Below, piece after piece: positions 25,501 through 36,420 of a DNA stretch of 64,000 nucleotides; the first letter of the stretch is position 1, and each line of letters opens with the position of its first letter. The stretch is from positions 186,001 through 250,000 of the forward strand of contig NIVC01000594.1 of assembly GCA_002269645.1 (NCBI GenBank). The letters are read 5' to 3'. Position numbers and translations under genes: made by a program. This DNA is from Macrostomum lignano. Taxonomy: Eukaryota. The notes under the pieces are model-generated. The model worked only from the letters and a program-made list of their open reading frames with translations, ran no database searches and had not been told where the DNA came from.

Positions 25501-25924
25501 CTAATGGCAATTTTTTTATTGTAATGATAACGATTGGCTATGGCTCAGTGCCCTATTCTATCATCACTAAATTGGCGCCTCATAATCTCATATGGCGCCT
25601 CATCATCTCACACGACACCTCATCATCTCACACGGAGCCTCATTTTACCTGGAACCTCATTGTTTCACCTGGCGCCTAATTGGTTCATCTGCGCCTCATT
25701 TTACCTGGAACCTCATTGTTTAATTACCTGGTGCCTCATTTTACCTACCGCCTCATTACATCACGTGGCGCCTTTCTACCTTACTTAACTTCTCGTTATC
25801 TAGAACCTGGTACATCACCTGGTGCCTAAACACGTTATTATAACAACTATCAGATATCAGCTAACCCATCACCATTGCAATTGCCATCACTGTTAATACC
25901 TGCCCAACACCGACAATAACTTAC

Positions 25925-27233
25925 CATCGAGGAGAGCCCGACCCTGCTGCAGTGTATTCTCATAAGCCTCATTGCGGGCGTCAACTTCATTTTTGTGCTC
26001 AAAGATTCGCTCGAGCAGAGCCTCTGCGCCAGCCACATCGTTTGCCAGACTGTCCGCGGCAACAACGCTTTTCATAGCGCCCAGCCAGGATGCCAGCTCC
26101 CTGGAGTCGGTCAAGAACCGGTGCAAATTGTAGGCATCATCAAGGCGAGCCTTCCTCTTAGCCGCTTTCGATTTCAGAGCCTCCCATTTGTCGCTAAGCT
26201 GGTCGCGGGTTCGCCTCAAGTCGTCGGCGTGATCAGTGTACTTATCCGACAGTTGGTCGGCAGCTTCAACCAGTTTGCCAACTTTCTTTTGCAAAGCGTC
26301 CAGATCGCGTTCCAGACCGTCGTGCTTGCGCTGCAGAGCTTGAATAGACGGCAGGTCGCGGCCAGTATCGTCGCTAGACAATGAAGCGTCTTTCTCATTG
26401 ATCCAATTCTCAGTTTCCATGGCGTCTCGGTAATATTTAGTCACTTCGTACTTTTCAAACAGGCGCTGCTGCTTGCGAGAGGCCTTCTCTTTAAGACGGC
26501 GCATCGCCTCTACAAGTTCGTCTTTTTTGTTGGTAATTCTCTGCTCCTCGGGATGCTCCTCGCGGATGAGCTTGTCGGCCGCGTTGCCAACCTCCTCGAC
26601 TCGCTGCTCCTGGTGCTGCAGGTCAAGCATGAACTCGTCGAACATCTTTTGCTGCTGTTCAACAACGTCCATGTCTTTCTCATCCACTGCATCGAAATCG
26701 TTGCTTTCAACGTACTCCTGCTTGAGCTTGATCCAATTAAGCACATTATCAGCCTCGCGCAGAAACTGAAAGTACTCAAGAGCCTGCTGCAGCTTGCGAC
26801 CTTTCTCTTGCAGCAGCTTCATCAGCTTGTCCCAAAGATCGTGCAGCTCTTCAAGGCGTTTGCCAACCTCGTCACTCTTGGCGTGACCATCGTCAATCAT
26901 AGTCTTGCCAGTGGCGTCAAGATTCTGCAGAGTGTTGGAATGAGCTGTGACCTCAGCTTCAATAGCTTGATGCTTCTGGATCTTGCTCTGCAAGCTGTTA
27001 TAATCTGTGTAGCTGTCATCGCTGATAGCTTGGATCTTCTCAAGGATCCAGTTCTCCAGCTCGTCGGCATCGCGTTTAAACAGCTGATATTTCTTGGCTT
27101 CTTCAAGCTCTTTCTTGCGCTCCTCTGTCTTTTTCTTGAAGTCACTGTACCGGCCGAGTACTTCATTACGTCGGCCTTGAATGTCATCGACAGTTTCGAG
27201 GATTTTCACCTCTTTCTGACCTGGCTCAGCCAT
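25925..27233 (-). CDS. alpha-Spec: Alpha-spectrin, coding exon 1 of 12 (tetramerisation helix and first spectrin repeats)
   Basis: MAEPGQKEVKILETVDDIQGRRNEVLGRYSDFK closely resembles the alpha-spectrin N-terminus; repeats such as FKRDADELENWILEK and LQSKIQKHQAIEAEV; GTAAGT donor, phase 1. Confidence 0.95.
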
Positions 27234-28427
27234 TTGCTAGCTTGTTTTGGGAGTTTAGAAACTTTGTGCAGACTTTAGTATATGCTTGCTTAGTTGCTGG
27301 AAGATTTTGGTTCAAAATTGAAATATGAACTAAACCTTCAAATTTAAGAATTAGCAATTAGCCATATTGCTCAAGATGGATGTTAACAGACAATAATAAA
27401 GACCTTTATAATAATAAGAAAAAATGATAATGTCATAAATGATGTTCTTTATTATTAAACTGATATAGAGGGTGTGCTCTACTACAAAGCAGTGTGTCCC
27501 TTAGATATTCTATGTACTATCTAGGTAGGGATAGGGATAAATCACTAATCACTTTTTGCACTTTGCAGCATGGGCTGGTCCTAATTGACTATCTCATTTT
27601 TGGTTGAGTCTGCATGACTAGTAGCTAAAGGAAAAGACTTGGACTTATATTGCTTTGGCCTAGTATAAGGCTCTTTGTAACTTCTTTCTGAGCTATACCT
27701 TTTTTGAATTTGTGAAACACTTTGTCAATTGTTATAAACCTATATAAAATTAATTGTTACTTTTATAACTTTTTTGAAATTAAACTTTTTTTAGTATAAA
27801 TATTTTTTCAACTGGCAATATTATAACAAAAGATTAATATTTAGAAAATAATATTTAAAGACAAAAGATAAAAGCTTAAAAGATAAAGGCCCAAGGCTAA
27901 GGTAAGGTTTTGGTATAACAATTATAAATATTATTAAAAACTTCAGATTTGAAAATACTTTTACAAAACTTTTCAAAAGAAACTATGCAATATAAACATA
28001 TATATATTTGTATAATAAATTAATAATTCAATAGATAATATATAGTATATTTTCAAAAGCATTAGACAAGGAAAAGATCTATATACCAAAATTTAGATAT
28101 ATATATTTGGTTGGGGAGAAAGTTCCCACAGTTTCTAGAACTTTCTGTCTAAGAACTTTCTGGAACATTCCAGAGCCCAGCTGTGTGGGTATATATTGAA
28201 TGTAGGTGTGTGTGATTCTAACATGCTATTTAAACCAAAGAGATTACTCACTAGTCACCAGCATTATGGATCTCTCTCAGGCCCTGTGGTCTCCTGCTCT
28301 ACAACTTCAAATCTGGACTATCAGCCACAGAATCTAGCCGCTGCATCAACACTGCATTTGGTGCTAGTACTGTATCTGAATGCACCACCCAGGACTGGTT
28401 TGCGTAGTTTTGCCCACAGATACTATA

Positions 28428-29213
28428 GGCTCATTCCATATAAGTATGGTCGTAACATGACAGGTTATTTTTACTTATAAAATGAAATCTAATAATAGAA
28501 TATACTAAACCAATATTTTAAATGAAAGATTATTTTGTCTAGAATATATTTATAGAGTTTCATATAGATATCATCATTAGTATAGATGCTATTAAACCTT
28601 AAATGACACTTATGGTCGTAACGACAGGATTTTTGACATATAGAAACTAAAAGCTAAAAGTCTTATAACATTTTTCATTTTTGATATTTTGCAATACATT
28701 TTTAAAATTTGACTAAGAACATCTTTAGAAATCATACTCTTTTATTAGAATATATAAACTCAAAAGGCAACAAAGATACAAAAGAAAAGGCAGCCTTATG
28801 GTCGTAACATTATGGTCGTAACATATTTTTTTCTGTCAATTCAGTAACTTTGAGGTACTAATACATTAAAAATATAATAGATTATTTGGTCACCAATGCT
28901 TTTATCTGATGATGCAAGTACTATACTTTTATCTATAGTTTGTTTCAACCTTCAAAAGCTTTCTAATTGTTTTTAAAAGGTACAAAATCTTAATGATGTC
29001 TTTTGCTTCGAAAAATGTCCAAATTTTTACAAAAATGACTTTTTGCCAATTGATAACATACTAATCCAACATTTTACCATTCCTTTATTCTTAGATTGTA
29101 TATATTGCACAATATAAACATTTGGTAAAAAAATAGGCTAATTAGGCAATGGCAAGCAAAAATATTGACTTTTTTCTATTTTCCAAATATGTCCATCTTA
29201 TATGGAATGAGCC
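28428..29213. mobile_element. Non-autonomous TIR element (MITE) with TATA target duplication
   Basis: TIR GGCTCATTCCATATAAG at both ends; comparison with the intact right P-element TIR shows TATA duplicated; internal repeats of TATGGTCGTAAC. Confidence 0.85.
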
Positions 29214-29726
29214 TATAAACACTAGATAGGCCACTCAGGCTAATTTTCTGGGCAAGTTTTTTATTCTACTTTCTGCTTAGTAGCAATGAAAGGAAGCAAC
29301 AGTATTATTTGCTAAATTAGACAAATCAAGTGACTGTTTTTGAGACATTGTTTTGCTAACGCCATAAACAACTAACTTGTTTTGTGCAGTAATGGTGTAC
29401 ATTAAGACGCGACAGACAGTGTACAATGCCGCTATCTTTCAAAGTGGAGGAAGGGGGGTAGTCTGGAATAGGGTTAATATCAGTTTCGTATAAGGAAGGG
29501 TGAGTGGATCGATAATTTAGGCCCACTGGTGGTGGGATAGAAAATAAAGGACTGCACATAGCTAGCCTGGGTTAGGGGTGGGGGTTTAGAGGTTGTGGGT
29601 TAGAAAATTTGGGGGTGGCGAATTGTGCTTAAATACAAGCTTATATATAGATGAACAGGACAAGATTCAGAGTTAAAGAAAGTTCGAGTGCATACTAGCT
29701 TTTCTATCTAATCTCGTACTCGAGAA

Positions 29727-30770
29727 ATGTTTTGATTCGACCCACTGCTGTGCTCCCACTTGCACGAGCTCTGTACTAGTGCTATTAACATCTGAGAAAG
29801 AAAATCCGTTGCGAATGCATAAATTACCAAAAGATGACACTGGCGAAGCGCTGGCAGCAGCTACTGCAGGAGCGTGGATATTGACCTTTATAAACAATTA
29901 AATCACGGGGCCTACGTGTGTTCAGCTTGCACTTTATGGACGAGGCCTACTGCTGCCTTACAAAGTGCCACGGATGTGCAAGACGTCTGTTTTCGCTGGG
30001 ATGCAATCCCACACCAAGAGTTGATGCTGCCTTGGCTCGTTCAAATAGACCAGCTACCAGCTCTGTGCAAAGGACTGATAAACGACAAAGAGGCAGACGA
30101 CATGTACCCTCCAGTGCTGGGGCCTATTAGCAATCTATCTGCAGCCGAGCCTGCGAATTGCCTGCTGCCAGTGCTGTGGCAGAGCAACCTTCGGCTACCA
30201 GATTCTGCGCCGAGAACAGCTGTTGTGGCTGAAAGCTCTCACCTCTGCAGCCGATTTGCGGGTTCCAAGCGCTAGAGGCAATGATCAAGCGGCTGCAGCA
30301 ACGATCCCGAAAGCGACAGGCGAATCAAGCGGCTGCAGCAGCAATCCTGAAAGCAACAGGCAAATCAAGCGGCTGCAGCAGCAACTCTCGATGGTCAAGG
30401 CAAGTGCAGCGCAGTTGTGCATCCATGGACTTTTGAGGCGTGGCTAGCGCAGCTTCCAGCGGTCGACTGGGCAGCAGGGCGCTCGCAGTCAGGGGTGCTC
30501 TGGTCAAAGGATATCATCTCATCAGCAGCTCATTGCAGCTGCACCACAAAAGTCCTGCTGCTTATCGGCTGCCTGTTACGAAACCACTGAGGATTGGCTC
30601 TCCATCGGATACATCCCTGGACCTTGAAGTGGCGCATTTGCCAGTTTTTTTCATCTGTTGGGCCGTGCTGAATGCTGCCTCTGAACAAGGGCGACTGGCG
30701 ACCCTGTTCTTCAACAGCACGCTGCGAGTTTCATAAACAGATGAGCTGATTAAGATGAGAAATCTTTCTA
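29727..30770 (+). pseudogene. Frameshifted THAP-domain/P-element transposase N-terminal remnant
   Basis: Across frameshifts: HCCAPTC...MHKLPKD..LAKRW...VCS.HF...RWDAIP (C2CH THAP), coiled coil QIKRLQQQL, and WSKDIISS..LQLHHKSPAAYRL resembling the P-transposase SPxAY motif. Confidence 0.75.
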
Positions 30771-31097
30771 TTTTGCCACACGAATATGGATTATGGAGTA
30801 TATGATATAGCTCGTATTTGCTAAATATACAATAGTTGACTGCAATAATATAGCCTTCAATGCAATCTAAAGCATTCACAACGTTGCTTTGAATTGTAGA
30901 AAGTATAATTATAAGTTTCTTTTTGCAAATAAAATCAATATAATTGCTGCATTGCATTTATCTGTTTTTATTTTAAAAAAATATAAATAACGCTAAAATG
31001 TTTTTACTACTACTAAGCAGAAAGTAGAGTAAACTGTCGTGTTGTGAAAATTAGCTGGAGTGGCCTATCTAGTGTTTATAGTATCTGTGGTTTTGCC

Positions 31098-31962
31098 AGG
31101 GAAATTTTAACCTCGAAGATTTGCCTAGGTCAGGTTGTCCCTCCAAGGTTGATAATGACCAGCTGCGCACACTTGTAGAGGCTGACCCTCAGCAAACCAT
31201 GCGTGAGTTAGCGCAAGTCCTTGATATAGACCATAAAATGGTCACCAGTCATTTGCATCAGCTAGGCAAGGTGTACAAGCTAGCACAATGGGTACCCCAC
31301 CAATTGTTAGATTGGGACAAGGAGTGCAGGGTAGAGGTGGCCACTTCTTTCCTCTCCTACAGGCGCATGCACAACTGGCTGAAGTCCATCATTATGGGCA
31401 ATGAAAAGTGGTGCTTGTATATCAACATCAAACATTGACGGTTATGGGTTGATACTGACGTGACGCTTGAGCTGCAGCCAAAGGCCGGACTCCACCCATA
31501 CAAGGTCATGCTATGCGTGTGGTGGGACTGCAAGGGCATCATCTACTATAAACTGCTGCCACCCAACACATTGATTACGGCCGACCTATACTACCAACAG
31601 CTGGACTGATTGGCTGCCGCCATTGTACAGAAGCATCTGAACCATGGCCTAATACGATTCCTTTATGATAACTCTTGTCCACACACTGCTAGGGTGACTC
31701 GCCAAAAGCTACTGGACTTGGCTGGGAATTGGTGCCCTATCCACCATATTCACCAGACTTGGCACCAAGCGACTATTATCTATTTTTGTCTTTGGCCAAT
31801 GCCTTGAACAACAAAACCTTTGCTGATGATGAAGAGCTCAATAACTGGCTGAACAACTTTTTCACTTCAAAGCCAGAGAAATTTTACAGTGACGGTATTA
31901 TGAGTCTGCCCAAAAAATGGCAGAAGGTGATCAATTGTGATGATAATTATTTTGTTTCTTAA
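31098..31962 (+). pseudogene. Mariner transposase pseudogene, C-terminal part
   Basis: WVPHQL, IIMGNEKW, KVMLCVWWD, YDNSCPH, YSPDLAPSDYYLF motifs, with in-frame stops and a frameshift. Confidence 0.92.
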
Positions 31963-33007
31963 TTGGCTTTTAGTTTTAAAAAACTCAGTTTGACAGAAAG
32001 TTCTAGAAATTGTGGGAACTTTCTAGAAACTGCAGAAGTTCTAGAAACTGCAGGAACTTTCTCCCCAACCGAATATATATATATGCCACAAGACATTTAA
32101 AAAAAATGTGCACCAACCACCAAGTGTGTGCAATGCACTAGCTAGGCCTATTATAAATCTGTGCTAGAAATTTCTAGTGCAAATAATGATATTAAATATA
32201 GTTAGAATTCAATGTCCATATTTTTAATATCTATTATAAGCCTATACTTTAAGTTATAATTCAAATAAAATGTTAAAACATTAAATTTATTTGTAGAATT
32301 GGTCTAGGCCTAGTCCCTAACTTTTAGCTTTAGCCTAGGCCTAGGGCCTAGGACTAGGTACATAAAATGATCATATTAATAGGGCCTACATGATTTAATA
32401 TGATTAAATTAATTTTAAGATTAGGCCTAGGCCTAGGATTTAGGAATGGGGTAGCACTCACTAGAAAAGGGTAAACCTTGGCATTGGCAGTACTAGGGGA
32501 GAATGCAAACCAAAGCAATGTAGTCCTCAGAACAGCTTCAATTGATCTGGATAATCCCATTTGTTCATTTTTGTAGCCTATCTAATAGCAGTAGAACAGC
32601 ATGTTTCATACCTCAATAATATAAAGTAATTCTTCAATTTCTCAAATTCAGTTGCTGTGTGATATAGCAGGTAGGGCTTTTTTAAGACTGATATGGCAAA
32701 GTTTTAATGCAATACTCACAGCACTAGCCTACCTATAGGGGGATGATCTGTCCATTTCCAAATTAAATTCCCAAACATTAGGCCTTAAAAAATAAGTTTA
32801 AAATCAAAGTCAAAAATATCATTATGATAAATTAACCAGACCTCAGAATTTATTTAGCAAATGACGGAAATTTCCCGGTAGTATTTACACATTTTAAATT
32901 ACCGCTAAAATGACTCTTCTAGGCGTAGTAAACGAAAGAAACGTTGAATATGTTTTTTTAGATTTCATCAAAGTGTCAAAAATTCATGAAATATAAGTAG
33001 AAAAACC

Positions 33008-33190
33008 CAGGGGCGTAGCCACCGGGGGGGGGGTCATTGGGGTCATGACCCCCCTCCAGCCGGCTGATCCAGGCCAAATTCTCAGCACATCCCCCGTCCC
33101 AGAGGCCTAGCACCCTCTGCCCCCGGTTGCCGCTGTGAGCCTGTGACTGTGACCCCCCCCCCCCAGAAGGAAATCCTGGCTACGACACTG
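33008..33190. mobile_element. hAT-type MITE, 183 bp
   Basis: Imperfect TIRs CAGGGGCGTAGCCA / TGGCTACGACACTG and a perfect 8-bp TSD GAAAAACC. Confidence 0.85.
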
Positions 33191-36100
33191 GAAAAACCGC
33201 ATGGATTCTTTATGAACCGTCTGCACAGTACGACTAACTTGCACTGTACCAAACAGCTAAAACCCATGCATGGTCCAAGTCTCGCTCCGTTCGTTCCATT
33301 TCATATACTAAAAATGATCTGTCGGACGTAGGTATATATGTGTGTGTGTGATCGATTCTAGAAAAAATGATTCAGCTGATTTCAAGTTGCTAAAAGTTAT
33401 GCGTGTAAATTGGTTTATTGGTTCAAAGATTTTGAGGTATAGGGAACAGTGTTAACTTGAGTCAGCGGCGCTCCATATATTAGCGGCGGTCAAATGGCAG
33501 TTAAATTGCAGCGCTTAAATTGCATTTGCCCGGTGGCGAAACCGCGTCGGCGGGGAAATTGTGGCGGTTAAATTGCATTTGCCCGGCGGTGAAATTTTCA
33601 GCGGGGAAATTGTCGGCGGTGAAATTGTGGCGATCAATTGTCAGTCTCCCGAGCATAAGTCACTACGCAGCGCGGCTGAATTAAAAGAAATAAGAATTAA
33701 ATATTTGGCATTATTATTTGCAGTGCACATGTAAAAGACGTAAAGACATGTAACTGTCTCTGCCGCTCTGCTTCGAGACCGATCATAGAATTCTGGCCAA
33801 GACCACTATTATCTGGCCAAGCTGCTAATATTAGTTTTCTCGATCTGTGTAGTGATCGATTTCTTTGTTTGATTCTGTTTTTTTCTAAAAAAACAGCTTT
33901 TAGATTCTGTGTGGCAGTATTTTTTGTACCACAGTTGAGAAAAAATTTTGGCCATTTGCTTCCGATTTGTACGTTTTGATCAATTTTGTGGTAGTATATA
34001 TAGTTTGAGTCGTGCAACACACATGTACATTTATACAAACAAAAGCAGGAAGGCAGTTTTGCTGATTAATTAATGCTGTTTATCCTCAACTTTGATGCGA
34101 GCTCAGTGATTGAGAAGCTAAGCTGGCTGAAGCTGACAGTAGTAGTTGATGGGCATGCAGTCGTCGATCAATCAACAGCCGAACAAGGGAAGGGGCCCTA
34201 ATTATTCAGAATCATGCAAGGCCGAAATCGCAAGGCTTACTTTAAGAAGCTTAAAGGAATTCAATAATGAATTAGTACATGTTATACTTGACCTTTAATA
34301 TCAATGTATGCCCCAGGGCCCACACAGGGCCCAAGTGAGGCCTTGCACAAGTACCACTTGATCTGAGAGTTCGATTCCCACCTTAAGTGCCTTAGCCGTG
34401 CCATGTGCATCGGTCTCAAATAAGTACATTATTTTTGGCTTTGAAAAACAGACAGCAAAATGGCACTACAGATCTCACTAAAACTAAAGCGGTGGAATCT
34501 AGACTAAGCCTTACATGCGTATCATCTAGTATAGGAAATCCGACTTTTAATAGAGCCAGCCTGCTGATCAGCAGCTGCAAGCTAAATTTAGATTGTTTGC
34601 GCCCATGCCTGGCGGAGAGCTTATAGTTAAGTCCTCTGATTAGCTGAGCTAATTGCTGCCTTTCCCATAGTTCTCCCCGCATGTTTGTTCTCAATTCTCT
34701 TTTTTTGCTTTCAACTGTATATAGGACTTTGCCATGCCAGCTGGGTCGCGTTAGGAGGTCAAGAGGAGTATGGAAGACAGGCCGAGTGCTCAAGGGTGGA
34801 TCACTAACTACAGTCCAGTCAGGCAAATACCATGCTGGTGGGGTATAGACGGAAACCTATCACACCTGTACAATATTGTATCAACCACGGACAGCTGGAG
34901 TAAGAAGGACCCAATGCTATAGATTTCCTAGATGATAAAAAATGATTAAACAATAAACCGCGAACAAATTGCATACATGTATAGGTCTCTGCAGGTCTGG
35001 ATAAAATCCGTTGAAATCAATAAATTTTGGTCAATTTTTTCCTGCAATGTTTTGTAATGCCAGACACTGTGTGCTGATATCACGGGACACTTCTGAAGGC
35101 CGTGACGCGCTTTTTCTATTTCAGCCAGCTGCTGAGTGAGTTTACGCGTCTTTTGGCTCGCGTAGAGTGTAGCGTCTTCCTTAAATGTCAAAAGTGTGAC
35201 AAATATGATGCATAGTAGAGAATTAAAAGCATGTGGTTTCGAAGAAAATCGAGTTCAAGCTTGAATTGGTTGAATTGAATTACAAGCTTGAGAATTGGTT
35301 TTCTTATTCTAACTCAGCCTACGAGCAACCAATCTCATCCAAATGGTTTACTTCGATGCCATGGACTTCAAGTCATCTACGAGTCATCATCTGCGTATTA
35401 TGCAGTGCCAAGTTTACATGACAAGCCAAATAATTTATCTACAAATCCCTAAGGAATTGCATAGAGCATGTGTGTTTATGCTTTGGATGAGATAGATTGC
35501 TTGTAGACTGACTTGGGAGCGCGTCCTTGGGAACGCAGCCGTCTCTGAGATGCCGATCGGGTACTTTTGTTGAAGGTCCCGACGGTCGCCGCCGATGCTC
35601 CAGACGGTGATGAAGGGGACCCTGATGCCTGGGATGTTGAGAGCAAAAGTCCCTGCGATTGATATGCATAGTTTGTTGAGCCGACGTGGTTTCACGATGA
35701 GATTTTGTGAGCAGAAAATTTTTGCCAATGTTTAGTGGTTTTTGCCACAAGACACCCCGAGGAGAATCGTTGAAGATCTCGACGATGTCGATTTTTCGTG
35801 ATTTTCGAAGTTGCTTCATCAAATAGAGTGGGAAATTTTAGCCCGTGTTCTGAATTTTCATGGCAATTGTTTGAATATTTTTGGAGATCCAGACAAAGGA
35901 AAAATGTGTGTATTTCAAATACACCCCCATGGTCTTTCTACTGTTAAGGGATTGAATGAACGCAGTCAGTTTGTGCTTAAACTGAACTGCTTTGAACAGA
36001 ACAGTTAGACCAGGTGCACTGTATGTGCTATTATTTGCTCAGGTGAAATAGGCCAATGCAGTAATGATGCAGTACCGGTATACTAAAATTTCCACTCATA

Positions 36101-36420
36101 ATCTGAAGCGACTTACGCAGCTGTATTCAACTAATTGTTGAGATCAATATTCTGTACTTGTCTAGCCTCTCCAAATGGATATAAGAGTGCCCACAACAGC
36201 CAGAGTTAGTCCGCGAACCAATGGCAGTCGCTTTAACAATTCCAGTAAATACATCAACAAGGAAAACGACTGATTTCCAATGGTAGCTTAGCTATTGACT
36301 GATTGGTTTATTGAGTTTGACATTAACCATGGGCCTTGCTTGAAGGAAGCTGCAGGAAACTGCACGGATGCTGCATGTCGACGAGCCCTGTGAGTCACAA
36401 GGACATTCAAAAGCTTGCCA

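Larger units (their letters stand above)
28415..31089 (+). mobile_element. P-element/THAP9-type DNA transposon, internally deleted
   Basis: TIR of about 44 bp (CACAGATACTATAAACACTAGATAGGCCACTC...GCTAATTTTC); 8-bp TSD GTTTTGCC at 28407-28414 and 31090-31097. Confidence 0.88.
28106..32073 (+). mobile_element. Mariner (DD34D) element, decayed, interrupted by a P-element insertion
   Basis: TIRs TT(T/C)GGTTGGGGAGAAAGTTCC flanked by TA. N-terminal HTH (LLYNFKSGLSATESSRCINTAFG...DWFA) at about 28266-28414 continues at 31098 (GNFNLEDLPRSG, WVPHQL, YSPDLAPSDY). Removing the insert leaves 1285 bp. Confidence 0.92.

Noticed and set aside
33470-33660. Cluster of GGCG...AAATTG motifs suggesting a small element
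   Set aside because: No TIR pair or TSD could be fixed.
34325-34385. Pol III B-box (GTTCGATTCC) with a weak A-box
   Set aside because: I could not fold a cloverleaf or find a tail or TSD; too little to call a tRNA or SINE.
34400-35950. Short ORFs and splice-like sites on both strands
   Set aside because: No recognisable homology or consistent exon chain.
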